From a virus (taxonomy: Duplodnaviria > Caudoviricetes): a stretch of 64,000 nt of DNA. The notes under the pieces are model-generated. The model had not been told where the DNA came from. It did not search any database and saw nothing but the letters and a program-made list of their open reading frames with translations. The translations under genes were made by a program, and so were the position numbers. Location of the stretch: positions 842-64,841 of the IMG/VR virus record IMGVR_UViG_3300017788_000018, one strand, 5' to 3'. Of this stretch, positions 17,920 to 28,276 are shown piece by piece; the stretch's first letter is position 1; every line of letters begins with the position of its first letter.

Positions 17920-20169
17920 ATGGCACGCAAATCCCCCAAAAAACCTAAGGGCTCAGGTAAGTTGGCCGAGCAGGGTCCGAACATGCATGGCACTGCCACA
18001 TTTTCTGGTACTGGCAACCTGGGTGTGGGCGGTTACAAGCAGTTGGCAACCATGCATCTGAATCCTGCCACGCAGGATATGGCCGACCAGGAACAGAACG
18101 AACTAGAGAAGAACCTTCAAAGACAGGATTGGTCTGTGGCCGGTAAGAGTTACATGGGAAATGCAAAGCCTGTGGATCCTCCTATTCCTCATTGGGATGG
18201 AAGAAATGGTACCAGGGAAACGGCAGTGGAGGAACAGCTTAACCCTATTTATCCTGCGGCCACCAGACAGAGAGACCTTCCTGGCTTTCCTCAGGTGAAT
18301 GCCCTGGTTAACCCGAAGGCACATGTGCCGGCCAATGATTCCCCTAAGAATGAGGACCCTGTGACAGGCAAGAAAATCCAGTACCTAGGCCCAACTGTCA
18401 ACGGAGTCGAGCTAAATGACCTTCCTCCAGAACGTAAACAGGAGCTTGAGGCAGAACTTCTTGAGACCATTGAGAATGCTCGGTCAATGAGGCCAGATCG
18501 CCAGGGATGGAACAATACCCGCATAAACTCGCTTGCAAGACGAAGAAATCACATCAATCCAGATCGTCCGCCACCAGATATGTGGCGTCCGCTTTTCCGA
18601 GATCCAACCGGGGAACACAACCCGGAGAACCTAAGGGATGAAACCGAAAACATGAACTCCCCAGCAAAGAACTCTCTGTTTGCTCGCAACTCCAGCACTC
18701 CTGCACACTCTGTTGGGGCAATTGGGTTTCCAAAGGTATTTGTCCCTGAGGACTATGAACAAGTCCAGCCTGAGTATGACGACATTGTAAAGGATCCCAT
18801 TGGTTCCAGACGCCTCCAGATTCCTCAGGACAATGCTCAGCCCATGGCAAAGGAGAGCCTCGAGACTTTTGACTCGGGTTGTGAGTGCAAGAAGGCTAGC
18901 TGCTCGGGGTGCCATGGGAAGGGCCGTAGGGATTCCGTAAAACCCGTGTACGGCTCCAAAGTACCCGATGGCATGGGTGGAGCCATTGCCTTTGACAAGA
19001 GTCGCCAAAAGGCTCTCAGGAATATTATCGAACTCTTGGTCCGTGAGGAGCTTGAGGGAATAGGAAATTATGCCTACCATGTAACGCTTCGCAAGTTCCT
19101 AAGGAGCATCCTTGAGAATGGTCTCCTGCCACAGGAACATGAGTCCCTGGATGAACCAGGGATCTTTTTCGAACCCGATGAGGAAGGGGCGGCAATCTAT
19201 CACGAACCTCCTAAGACGGTTATGTTGAGATGGAAGCTCTCGGGCACCCCTACCTCTTCTACTCCTGATGGAGAGTATGCACACTACAGTCCTGTACCTA
19301 GTGAGCAACTGGAGATTCGTAGCAAAAAGGGTTGGGTGCCGCTTCGAAAGCTTATCCAAGAACAAAACACCGTGGCACCAAGAAGGCGTGGAGGAGCTGG
19401 TGCAGCCCAACAGGCTGCTCAGGCAACCGATCCAGGTCTTACCCTTCCTCAGCTAAGGCAGTTGCTTGCAAGCAAGGCACCCGAGGCCTTCAGCCGTCAG
19501 GAAGTCAGCTCTGTCATTGACTATGTGCACAGAAGACCTGATCTCAAACAGGACTTCCAGCACATGGACGAAAAGGAGATTCAGAGCCTTGAGACCGTTC
19601 TGGATAACAATATCGACAATGAAAAGATCGGTCCCTTTGCCAGCAAGATCGAAATGGCCAGGGGCAGCAAGCACCTGGCCCAGCTAGGAAATCAACCACA
19701 AGCTGCTGGTGCCCCTCAAGGACGTACTCCTCCAAAGAGAGTTACCACAAGCCCTGGTTCAGGCCCGGCTCAGAAGATTACCCTTCCAAAGCAGGCTTTG
19801 TCCAAACAGTTCACGGATACCGTTCAACAAAAATACAACCAGATTACATCTGCCGCAGGTCTTTCCAAGGATCAGAAGGAACGTCTAGTAAGTCAGCTTG
19901 GACGCATTCAACTTGAACCAGACAGCTCTGAGGCCTCCAAGCTTAAGCGCATTGATGATCTTGTGAGGGTTGGTGTTGGTACTCGTGTGGACTTCGGTGG
20001 CGATCAGCCCCAGGGCAAGAAACCAAACCCTGCCCAACAGGTTGCAACAACTCCACCAAAGTCAAGTGGTGGCGGCTTCATCGGCTCGGCAAAGAAGTTC
20101 CTGGGTCTCAACGAGACTCTTGAGTACCTTCTTGACGAGGAAGACGAAGATGAAAAGGAAGAATCATGA
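17920..20169 (+). CDS. Large low-complexity (virion-type) protein with an embedded ART/Tpt1-like domain
   Basis: YHVTLRKFLRSILENGLLP...GIFF...VMLRW...VPSEQL; Cys cluster CECKKASCSGC. Confidence 0.6.
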   Translation: MARKSPKKPKGSGKLAEQGPNMHGTATFSGTGNLGVGGYKQLATMHLNPATQDMADQEQNELEKNLQRQDWSVAGKSYMGNAKPVDPPIPHWDGRNGTRETAVEEQLNPIYPAATRQRDLPGFPQVNALVNPKAHVPANDSPKNEDPVTGKKIQYLGPTVNGVELNDLPPERKQELEAELLETIENARSMRPDRQGWNNTRINSLARRRNHINPDRPPPDMWRPLFRDPTGEHNPENLRDETENMNSPAKNSLFARNSSTPAHSVGAIGFPKVFVPEDYEQVQPEYDDIVKDPIGSRRLQIPQDNAQPMAKESLETFDSGCECKKASCSGCHGKGRRDSVKPVYGSKVPDGMGGAIAFDKSRQKALRNIIELLVREELEGIGNYAYHVTLRKFLRSILENGLLPQEHESLDEPGIFFEPDEEGAAIYHEPPKTVMLRWKLSGTPTSSTPDGEYAHYSPVPSEQLEIRSKKGWVPLRKLIQEQNTVAPRRRGGAGAAQQAAQATDPGLTLPQLRQLLASKAPEAFSRQEVSSVIDYVHRRPDLKQDFQHMDEKEIQSLETVLDNNIDNEKIGPFASKIEMARGSKHLAQLGNQPQAAGAPQGRTPPKRVTTSPGSGPAQKITLPKQALSKQFTDTVQQKYNQITSAAGLSKDQKERLVSQLGRIQLEPDSSEASKLKRIDDLVRVGVGTRVDFGGDQPQGKKPNPAQQVATTPPKSSGGGFIGSAKKFLGLNETLEYLLDEEDEDEKEES

Positions 20170-20714
20170 GTGATGACGATGAATTTGGTGGCTCCGATTG
20201 GGAAGCCAAGTATTGGGCCAACAGACAGAGGCAGTTGGATGCCGCAAAGCACGCTGGGCCGGCCCACCAGCAGCACACCCCGTCTGCCCCTAGACCATTT
20301 TCCAACGTGCCTCAGCATCAGATGCGTGATATTGACCCCATGCAGCTCCTTCAGCAGCAGATGATGATGGGCCAGGGTCCATCCTCATCGGGACGCCCCG
20401 TGTTCCTCAGAGAAGGGGCTGATTACTTCAGGCACATTCAGGGTGCTGATGGTTTTGGCAATGTGATTCCCTTGGTTCGTAACATGGGCAAGCTCTCTGG
20501 CGTCGTCGGAAAGGAGTTTGCTTTCATGGGAGAAACACGAGGAATTTGCGTGGATGGTATGCAAATGGTTGACATGAGCAAGGTAAATGAAGACCCAAGC
20601 CGGGTTGGCATGTATGTTCGTGTGCGTGCTCCCTTTGTCGGTGACATTCTCGTTGAGAGAAATGCCGTCATAGAATTGCAGCAAAATGGCCAGCGTCAAA
20701 TCCTGCGCGGCTGA
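20166..20714 (+). CDS. Hypothetical protein
   Basis: ATGA-coupled to the upstream gene. Confidence 0.7.
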   Translation: MSDDDEFGGSDWEAKYWANRQRQLDAAKHAGPAHQQHTPSAPRPFSNVPQHQMRDIDPMQLLQQQMMMGQGPSSSGRPVFLREGADYFRHIQGADGFGNVIPLVRNMGKLSGVVGKEFAFMGETRGICVDGMQMVDMSKVNEDPSRVGMYVRVRAPFVGDILVERNAVIELQQNGQRQILRG

Positions 20715-20849
20715 AAAACAGAGTTAGAAATTCTTGCCTCAAATTCGTATACTTTGTACGAATTATGGATTAATTTTGCAACATAGTTACACTAGGTAGC
20801 CGCAAAGTATGCGTCCCGAATAGTTTACGTTTCCTTACGCTAGGTACTA

Positions 20850-21320
20850 ATGCCCACGAATTTTCCCAGCGGGTTAGACTCACTTCCTAATCCCACAGCA
20901 GCAACAGTACTCGATCAACCTGGGTTAACCCATGCTGATCAGCACATCAACTCTAATGATGCCATTGAGGCTCTAGAGACGAAGCTGGGAATTGATCTTA
21001 GTACGGCCACAACTACTATAGACTACATTGCCCGTCTTTTCCTTCTCACAAACACGGAGCACCCCAACGGACACTATGCAGAGTGTGAAATGGTGCCAGG
21101 CAAGGTGTTCCCTCTGAGAGTCACTTGGTATACCAACTCCGGTAAGACCATCAAACTTGTGGAGAAGGAATTTACCTATGGGTCCTCGATTCCTGTTCCA
21201 ACGGTCATTACCATGCGACTCTACAATGGAACCGTGGCCAACACCATTCTGAGGACAATCACCGACACCATTACCTACAACCAAGTTTTCGAGGTCTCAA
21301 GAACAAGAGTTGTGGTGTGA
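20850..21320 (+). CDS. Tail/fibre-associated structural protein
   Basis: TNFPSGLD...HADQH..SNDAIEALETKLG N-terminal pattern typical of phage fibres. Confidence 0.6.
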   Translation: MPTNFPSGLDSLPNPTAATVLDQPGLTHADQHINSNDAIEALETKLGIDLSTATTTIDYIARLFLLTNTEHPNGHYAECEMVPGKVFPLRVTWYTNSGKTIKLVEKEFTYGSSIPVPTVITMRLYNGTVANTILRTITDTITYNQVFEVSRTRVVV

Positions 21321-21409
21321 ATACATACTTAAGGTAGATTGTTCCGTTTCACAGAAGGCAAAGAAAGCATAAGCGAACAGCGTTTCTAACACCAAAAGGG
21401 TAATAAATT

Positions 21410-22003
21410 ATGGCATTTGAATCTCCAGTCTCAGTCCTATACAATGGTGAAGGCCTTGAACTTGCGCTGAGCGCATCGCAATCCCTTTCGAACGCCTCCC
21501 AGGGCGGATTGATGATCATGGGTTCCGGCTCTAACGGAACCGCACAGTTCTTCAGGCTCGGTGGTGACGGCTCTCTCTTCATCACTGGTTCTGTAACCAC
21601 AAACGTCGCGACCGTGGCAACTCAGTCGGTGTTTGTTGGCGGCTGGGCTAACGGTGTAACCGGTTCCTTTGTCCTTGGTGGCATTGCAACCGCAGTTACC
21701 CAAAGCACCAGAGAAATTGGTGCAAGCACCGCCACTGTGTCGGCAACCATTGCAGCCAACGGTCTCGTGGGCTTCACACTTCTTGCAGCAAGCAACACAC
21801 GCAAGGGCGCAGTTCTCTTCCTGGAAGGCAACCGTATCGCCTTCGTTAAACTCGGTACCGGCGCTGATACAAACACCTTCACCACTCGTTTGACTAACGG
21901 TGCCTACTGGGAAATCCCAGGCAACTACACCGGTCCTGTTACCGTGAGCTTCCAGTCCGGCGCAGCCGTTGCTCGTCTATACACAACTAATATAACAGTC
22001 TGA
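21410..22003 (+). CDS. Putative virion beta-rich protein
   Basis: S/G/T-rich; RKGAVLF...FVKLG...YTGPV. Confidence 0.65.
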   Translation: MAFESPVSVLYNGEGLELALSASQSLSNASQGGLMIMGSGSNGTAQFFRLGGDGSLFITGSVTTNVATVATQSVFVGGWANGVTGSFVLGGIATAVTQSTREIGASTATVSATIAANGLVGFTLLAASNTRKGAVLFLEGNRIAFVKLGTGADTNTFTTRLTNGAYWEIPGNYTGPVTVSFQSGAAVARLYTTNITV

Positions 22004-22069
22004 TACAATAGCTGGCTGATCAGCATACTTATGTGGTGGGTTTCCCTAAGGAGACTCACCACATTTTTT

Positions 22070-22420
22070 ATGCCGCTTTTCGACCAAATAGCAACATTCT
22101 ACTCTGGAACGCAAGGTGCAAGCAACAACACGACCCCTGTGACGGTCGTTCCTGATCCGGGCACTGGAGCGCCGGTTTTTATCATTGAGCCCGAAAACCT
22201 CTCGGTACTCAATCGAGATACGGTGAATGCCACTGTCATTCTGACTTTGACTGCTCCCTCTACAATCATCGAGAGAGTGACCCTTACCACGGGCGACAAG
22301 TGGACGAACAACAGCAAGGTTATTGTGGGGCCGGGCCAAACTCTTACCCTAGAACTTGCCGGTTCCGTGACCACCAACCAAGTCACCTACAATACTGCCT
22401 TCTTCCAGGTATCCGGTTAA
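22070..22420 (+). CDS. Putative virion protein
   Basis: TACTTA and AAGGAG upstream; T/V-rich. Confidence 0.65.
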   Translation: MPLFDQIATFYSGTQGASNNTTPVTVVPDPGTGAPVFIIEPENLSVLNRDTVNATVILTLTAPSTIIERVTLTTGDKWTNNSKVIVGPGQTLTLELAGSVTTNQVTYNTAFFQVSG

Positions 22421-22423
22421 TCT

Positions 22424-22966
22424 ATGCCCATGTATGACAATAGCGGAAGCCTAAAGGTAATAGGCGACCGAGCTGGCAACATCGCCATTCAGGACCCAAC
22501 TGGTGCCACGGTTAACTCCACAGCATTCTTCATTCAGTTCAGTGGCAGTGCTGTCAGCAGCGTAACAACCGCCACCTCTGGTGTTATTGTCAACTTAGTT
22601 TCGGGTTCTGGTGGTTCTAGCGGTACTGGCAGTTCTGGTGGTGCCTTCAACAAGGGCGCTCTCTACAACTGGCCGGTGTTCCCTAGAAATACCATTGTGT
22701 GGCGCTCGGAGGGTACTCATACCCTAGGCAGAATCAGAGCCCTGATAAGCGGTTCCACAGGTGCCACGGCAAGCTGTCAGGCGTTCCGAAACAGCACCAA
22801 CCCTCATCTCAGTGCGACCCTGGTGGCAAACGCAAACAACACCTGGTTTGATGGCGGCACCGTGGCAACTTCCTCCTATGTGCTTGGTGACTACCTACAG
22901 TTTAGACTTCTGGGCGTGAGCGGCACGATCGAATATGCCATTATACAGGCCGACTTCACGGCCTAA
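22424..22966 (+). CDS. Putative tail-fibre protein
   Basis: GS linker; C-terminal beta domain (LGDYLQF). Confidence 0.6.
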   Translation: MPMYDNSGSLKVIGDRAGNIAIQDPTGATVNSTAFFIQFSGSAVSSVTTATSGVIVNLVSGSGGSSGTGSSGGAFNKGALYNWPVFPRNTIVWRSEGTHTLGRIRALISGSTGATASCQAFRNSTNPHLSATLVANANNTWFDGGTVATSSYVLGDYLQFRLLGVSGTIEYAIIQADFTA

Positions 22967-22990
22967 ATTGGACATAAGGAATCTCTAGAG

Positions 22991-24976
22991 ATGGCTCTCC
23001 GCATAAAAACCATAGAGTATGGGTTTACAAGTGTTACGGCCTCGTCGTTCACTCCACCGGACTATGCGGCGCATCCTGCCCAACTCATCAGTATCCCAGA
23101 AAGAACCAGCAGGACTTTCAAGTCGGTCTTTCTGTATCAGTATGCCCAACAGAATGTTGGTGCTGCTGCCACACCCACCAACTTGACAGCCTCTTTCAGG
23201 CTTTTCGGCGCAGATGCAACCACGCCAGGCGTACAGCGAACCACCGTAACGGCTTCCACCATGACCAACTCCGGTGAATCCCTGAGTTTTTCCTGGATAA
23301 CGGATCTCACTGCCTACTTCACAACCAACTTCTCTGCCTCCTATCAGAACGTTTCGGCTGCTTTGTCTGGTGGCATGAGCGTTAGTGCTTTCTCCAACTT
23401 GTCCTCGAAACTCATCATCACCTACCAATTTGAGGACAGCACGGTCACCGGAAGCAACACTCTCATCAAGACTGTGAGAATTCCTCAGGACGGTAGAAAC
23501 GGAAGCCTGACCACGGCTCTTACGCTGGTGGATGCCATTCCTCGTCTAGAGGGCTTCTGCCCTGAGGCCAATAAGACGTTCCGCAATATATTCTTCCAGA
23601 TCGAAGGTCAAACCGGTACCACGGCCGCTGTGGCTCCTGATCCTGCCCTGAGCATGAGTCTGGATACCGAGCCTGGGCAGCCAAACTTCGGTATAAACGA
23701 TACCCTGATCTCGGCACAGTATTACTACGGAATTTGGAACCGTAACAACATGGTCACCAGCTCCATTCACTGGCTGAGTGCCTCTGTGACTAACACAGCA
23801 ACCCCATATCCTTCCCTGACAACCGTTCTCTACGCAACCTATGAGTATACTCCAAGCGGCACTACCAGTCTTCTCAACTCCATAATGCTTCCTCTGCGGC
23901 CGGATGGCGGTATCATTGGCGGAAGTACAACCGCTCTCAAGACTCGTTTTGCAACCTCCATTCCAATTGTGGACAGAGGTCCAATTTTGTTGATGTCCTC
24001 TGCTGTACAGTTCCACTATTCGGACGGAGCGGCGCTCGCCGTTGACATTCGGAACGGAAGCCAGGCCTCCAGGGTTTACTCCATTCCTGCCACCGTAAGA
24101 GCCGGTGGCTGTGTGTCACAAAGAAGATTTGACGGTGGTGCCATCGGTGGCGCTGGTATGACCCTGAACAGGGGAATGAATACTTTGATAACTGATGTGT
24201 TCAGAACCGGCACTGCGGCGGGCAGCTTGGGCACCGGTCTCAATGGGGTGATCTTCCTGAACTACACCTCAAGCGTAAATGGTGCAGGCGCAGAGTCGCA
24301 TCCAAAAACCATCCTGACGCTTCTTCAGGAAACTCCGCCCACCGTATCTACTCCTCTGATCATCGTTTCTTCTTCTACCAATGCCAGGGGTTTGTCGATT
24401 CCTGAGTCCTACTACTACCTCTATTGCCATGGTGGCTATCTGCCAATTGTTTGGCGCAACACGGCCCATGCCGATGTGTTCCAGGAGTTGCACTGCTCGG
24501 TCGAGGCCAATGAGGCCGAATTGGGTGGCTGGAGAAGGCTTACGACCCAGACCCTGGTGGGTGACTCTGAGACTGGCGTGTATCCTATGTATTACTGTCC
24601 TCCAGAGGGAACCTGGAGGAATGCTCCAAACCTTCCCGATCTAAAGTCAGGTTCTCTTAACCCCACGCAGAACAGACAGTACAGGCTCACGGGCTTCCCG
24701 GCCTCTGCTGCAAGTCCTCAGGGTTGGCACGTTACAACCTACCACTCCAGACAATTTGCGAAGACTGGCTCTGTCTATCCAAATCCTGGTGCGGGTGTAA
24801 CCGTCAGAACCTATAGAGACGACACCGATGAGTTGATCAGCAGCTCCAGCACGAATGCAAACGGGCAATACTTTGTGACCTTCCATGATGACACAGTGGA
24901 TCTCTACTCAGAAACCCGGGTGTCTGCCGTGCTGGCCGGGCGTTCAAGTCTGTTCAGAGTTACGGCCTCGATCTAG
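22991..24976 (+). CDS. Large putative tail/virion protein
   Basis: 661 aa, T/S/G-rich; C-terminal GVTV...STNANGQY beta-sandwich-like end. Confidence 0.65.
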   Translation: MALRIKTIEYGFTSVTASSFTPPDYAAHPAQLISIPERTSRTFKSVFLYQYAQQNVGAAATPTNLTASFRLFGADATTPGVQRTTVTASTMTNSGESLSFSWITDLTAYFTTNFSASYQNVSAALSGGMSVSAFSNLSSKLIITYQFEDSTVTGSNTLIKTVRIPQDGRNGSLTTALTLVDAIPRLEGFCPEANKTFRNIFFQIEGQTGTTAAVAPDPALSMSLDTEPGQPNFGINDTLISAQYYYGIWNRNNMVTSSIHWLSASVTNTATPYPSLTTVLYATYEYTPSGTTSLLNSIMLPLRPDGGIIGGSTTALKTRFATSIPIVDRGPILLMSSAVQFHYSDGAALAVDIRNGSQASRVYSIPATVRAGGCVSQRRFDGGAIGGAGMTLNRGMNTLITDVFRTGTAAGSLGTGLNGVIFLNYTSSVNGAGAESHPKTILTLLQETPPTVSTPLIIVSSSTNARGLSIPESYYYLYCHGGYLPIVWRNTAHADVFQELHCSVEANEAELGGWRRLTTQTLVGDSETGVYPMYYCPPEGTWRNAPNLPDLKSGSLNPTQNRQYRLTGFPASAASPQGWHVTTYHSRQFAKTGSVYPNPGAGVTVRTYRDDTDELISSSSTNANGQYFVTFHDDTVDLYSETRVSAVLAGRSSLFRVTASI

Positions 24977-25009
24977 TTAATCGCATGGGGGAAAGGACCC
25001 ACGTCTAAC

Positions 25010-25105
25010 ATGAATCCAGAAGACATTTACCTTCACACAATTTTGCCAACCGGCAACGATGCAGACATTTTCTTGGTTGAGTCTGACATTGTTCTCATCA
25101 ACTAA
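25010..25105 (+). CDS. 31-aa micro-protein with three DIxL repeats
   Basis: MNPEDIYLHTILPTGNDADIFLVESDIVLIN; GAAAGGA upstream; below the ORF-track cutoff. Confidence 0.55.
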   Translation: MNPEDIYLHTILPTGNDADIFLVESDIVLIN

Positions 25106-25118
25106 ATAAAGGCTGCAG

Positions 25119-25889
25119 ATGACCCAATACGATTCAAATGGAAGGTTTAAAATTTCATTTAGCTCAACCGGTGGCCCCCCATCCGTCACGACGATCGAGG
25201 GCTTTTCCGCGACGGACTACTACGAGGCGGCCCCCGGTGTGGCGCAGGGGGGTGCTACCTTTGCCGCCATTTGGTACGGCTATTTCATCGATTTCGTGGA
25301 TGGCGCTGGACAATTCCTGATGGGCCAAACTTCCGGTGGCCTTACCGGCGGATGGGGATTGCAAGTCGGCGGTCGTGTTGCGAGCGGCGGTGTGACTCCG
25401 GTGGGGGTTTTTGCGGTAGAGGCAGGGCCGTCGTTTATCGACATCAACGAGTCTATAGATCAATCAACGGTCTGGCATCGAGCGGCGCCCGTTCACTATG
25501 CGATGTCGTATGTCAGTGCGGGACCGGGGCTGGAGTTGTGGGTCAACGGCGTGCGCGCCCGGTTTTCGCCTAATGCATCGGTAGCGGCGTTTCTGCCTTC
25601 TCCAACTGGCCAGTTTCGCCTGGGTCGTGGAGGACTTTTTGGTTTTGAACACGCACAGCATCAGGGCTTCATTGGGGCTGGGTATCTGACGAGCTCCTTG
25701 AGCGCATCAGACGTGCAGGAGCACCTCCAGGCGTGCCGCGACGCAGGGTTCGGGTTTGCGGCGGGTGCGTTGCCGTGGGTGCATCGCTGGGATGCCTCGG
25801 GTGGAGCCCTTGCAACGCTCCCAGACCAGGTTGGGACGGGTTCTCTGACCCGTGTCGGAACACCAACGTTTCGAACTCGTAGGATCTGA
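25119..25889 (+). CDS. LamG/ConA-like putative receptor-binding protein
   Basis: GGWGLQ, VHYAMSY, LELWVNG, FRLGR, LSASDV. Confidence 0.65.
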   Translation: MTQYDSNGRFKISFSSTGGPPSVTTIEGFSATDYYEAAPGVAQGGATFAAIWYGYFIDFVDGAGQFLMGQTSGGLTGGWGLQVGGRVASGGVTPVGVFAVEAGPSFIDINESIDQSTVWHRAAPVHYAMSYVSAGPGLELWVNGVRARFSPNASVAAFLPSPTGQFRLGRGGLFGFEHAQHQGFIGAGYLTSSLSASDVQEHLQACRDAGFGFAAGALPWVHRWDASGGALATLPDQVGTGSLTRVGTPTFRTRRI

Positions 25890-25944
25890 TCCAAGATGGG
25901 CCTATACCATCTATACTTACACACACAATCCCATGTGAGGCCCA

Positions 25945-26865
25945 ATGTCAAAAAGAATTCTGGTGTTGTCTGGAGGCGGTAGTAAGGGAGCCTATCAAGT
26001 AGGCGCAATCCAGGCACTTCTAGAATCTGGTAGCACTTGGGATGGTGTCTATGGAATATCCGTAGGGGCTCTAAATGCAGGATGGCTAGCCATGTTTCCA
26101 AAGGAACTTCAGGCAGCCAGCTTTGGAGGCCTTAGGGAGATATGGGACAAGGTAAGGAAGACCGGGGACATTTACGAACCCTGGGCTCCCTTGGGCCTAA
26201 ACTACATCGCCTCTCTGTGGAAAGGTTCTCTCAACTCTGGCAAGCCACTGAGGAAACTGGTTGAGCAGTTTTTCGACATTGAGCAAGTGAGGAAAAGCGG
26301 AACCAAGTTGGTCGTGGGCTGCTGCTCCCTGAGCACCAGCCGCTATCACTCTTTCGACCAGGACAATGAATTCATCAAGGAGTATATCCTGGCCTCCTCA
26401 CACCTTCCAGTGATCTTCGAGCCTCTGGAGGTAGAGGGTCAGCTCTGGATTGATGGAGGGGTCCGCCATCAGATTCCCATCCTGGACGCTCTTAAGGACG
26501 ACCCGGATGAAATCGACGTTATCGTTACCCAGCCCATCACCAACTACGAAAACTCTGTCATCCCAAATGAGAAGATGAAAAGCGCCATTCAGGTAAGCCT
26601 TAGAGGGGCTAGCATCTTTTCGGATCAGGTCTACTTTGAGGATTGCATGAACGTTCTTCGAATCATCAAGGGCGAGGGAAAGAAGAACAACGTCAAGCGT
26701 GTGAGGTTTTTTGTTCCCTCGGCCATGCCGAACGAGGACAGCATGAACTTTGACGGTGACATGATTCAACGTGTCATTGCAATGGGCTATGAGGAAACAA
26801 AGAAGAAGCTTGAGGCCGAGTCTTCTGAGTCGGATGCCGTATACTCTCCTGACCTAGCGAAGTGA
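25945..26865 (+). CDS. Patatin-like phospholipase
   Basis: GGGSKG, GISVG (catalytic Ser), ASS, IDGG. Confidence 0.93.
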   Translation: MSKRILVLSGGGSKGAYQVGAIQALLESGSTWDGVYGISVGALNAGWLAMFPKELQAASFGGLREIWDKVRKTGDIYEPWAPLGLNYIASLWKGSLNSGKPLRKLVEQFFDIEQVRKSGTKLVVGCCSLSTSRYHSFDQDNEFIKEYILASSHLPVIFEPLEVEGQLWIDGGVRHQIPILDALKDDPDEIDVIVTQPITNYENSVIPNEKMKSAIQVSLRGASIFSDQVYFEDCMNVLRIIKGEGKKNNVKRVRFFVPSAMPNEDSMNFDGDMIQRVIAMGYEETKKKLEAESSESDAVYSPDLAK

Positions 26866-26871
26866 CCTGAA

Positions 26872-27516
26872 ATGCCCCTTCCCTCGCCTCCATATACCTA
26901 TGACGATCCTCGTCTGACCTACAACGAGCACTGTTTCTACTACAACGGTGGCTATGACTCGGTGTGTCTCATCATTGGCTTTGACCGTAAGCGAAGGGTG
27001 GGTGTGGGTGGAGGAACAGCCTCTGGTGGAAAGAGACGTGATGAGGAGCTCCCGCCGCTTCCGTGGATCGACATTACGGTCTGCGCCCAGCTTCTCCAGG
27101 CCAACGAGGAAGAGGTTGAGGACAGTCTTGTCGTGACACAGGGAGCCAAGGGCGAGCTAGCTCCTGGTACCATTGCCCTGTTGGCGAGCCGTACAGACTC
27201 TCAGGAGCCTCAAATCAACTATCTGGCACAGAGAATCGAACCAGAGGCTCCTGAGCCTCTGAGCCCCGGCGTGGAGGTTGTGGCAGACCCAATTTTGGCC
27301 ACGCAGGCTGGGAAAAACATTCCCTTGGGCAATCTCAGGTCGTCTACCAAAACATCGAGTATCATATTTAGAACAGAGGTCACGAGTTCAAAGGGTTCTT
27401 CTTCCGAGGAACCAAAGGTTACCAAGTCCCAGAAGTCCGTAGAAATCCCAAGCAATATCTCGGTCAATGCCGCTGTGATCCTCAAGAATCCTTCCGATAA
27501 CAAGCCAAAAGAGTAA
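26872..27516 (+). CDS. Hypothetical protein (possible virion)
   Basis: Tyr-periodic N-terminus YTYDD..LTYN...YYNG. Confidence 0.65.
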   Translation: MPLPSPPYTYDDPRLTYNEHCFYYNGGYDSVCLIIGFDRKRRVGVGGGTASGGKRRDEELPPLPWIDITVCAQLLQANEEEVEDSLVVTQGAKGELAPGTIALLASRTDSQEPQINYLAQRIEPEAPEPLSPGVEVVADPILATQAGKNIPLGNLRSSTKTSSIIFRTEVTSSKGSSSEEPKVTKSQKSVEIPSNISVNAAVILKNPSDNKPKE

Positions 27517-27524
27517 CGACGACG

Positions 27525-28241
27525 ATGAGTAACGACAAGAAACTAGACCTCAAACTGAATGACGACAACGAGTTGTCCTTCAAGCTTTCCATTGAGGGAA
27601 CCGTTAGCGACCCAGAGTTGGCCTCGCCTCGTTACCGGTTTACCATCACAGAGCTTGGTGAGGAAGAAAAGGGCTGGATCTTTCCTGCTAGGAAAGAGGC
27701 TGATGACATTGTTACGGTTTCCATCCCGGCTCCTCTCAAGTCTGGCTTCAAGGCAAAGCGTGTATACAAGGGTACCCTCGAGGTTATCCTTGGCCGTCTT
27801 TACTTCTCGCCTGCGGAATTGCAGTTGGAGTTCTCGACCCCATTGGAAATCCAGGCCGAGATTGCCTCTGCCACAGGCCTAAAGACTCAGGAGCCCAAAC
27901 CGCTTCTTTCAGAGGAAAGCCCCTCTGCCGAGCCCTCGGCTCTAAGGGAAAAAAATGACATGTACGATGAGGAGGAGATCCTTTCTGTTATTTCCGAGGA
28001 GAAGAAAGCTGCTCCACCACCAAGAAAAACCGCTCCTCCTCGAATTGTTCAACAGCCTTCGCCTGTCAAGAAGTCTGTTCCTGCTCAGAGGGTTCCTGTT
28101 CCTGGGGCGGTTGCCAAGAAGGCCCCAGCAGTAGCCAAGCCCACAACAAAAGAAAAACCAGCCCCTCTAAAGGAAACGGACGAGAAGAAGCTCTTTAAGG
28201 CAAAGCTCCTCAGCATGTTCAAGTCAGCCCTTAGTGACTGA
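27525..28241 (+). CDS. Hypothetical protein
   Basis: Beta-rich N-terminal half, Lys/Pro-rich tail. Confidence 0.7.
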   Translation: MSNDKKLDLKLNDDNELSFKLSIEGTVSDPELASPRYRFTITELGEEEKGWIFPARKEADDIVTVSIPAPLKSGFKAKRVYKGTLEVILGRLYFSPAELQLEFSTPLEIQAEIASATGLKTQEPKPLLSEESPSAEPSALREKNDMYDEEEILSVISEEKKAAPPPRKTAPPRIVQQPSPVKKSVPAQRVPVPGAVAKKAPAVAKPTTKEKPAPLKETDEKKLFKAKLLSMFKSALSD

Positions 28242-28276
28242 TACCGTTCCACGCCAGCGAGCTGATTCGGTTATTC

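Noticed and set aside
20797-20806. TAGCCGCAAA shared with 46431-46440, and AATTCGTA shared between 20742 and 49032
   Set aside because: 8-10-mer matches are within chance expectation. The 20742-20764 hairpin is real but unexplained.
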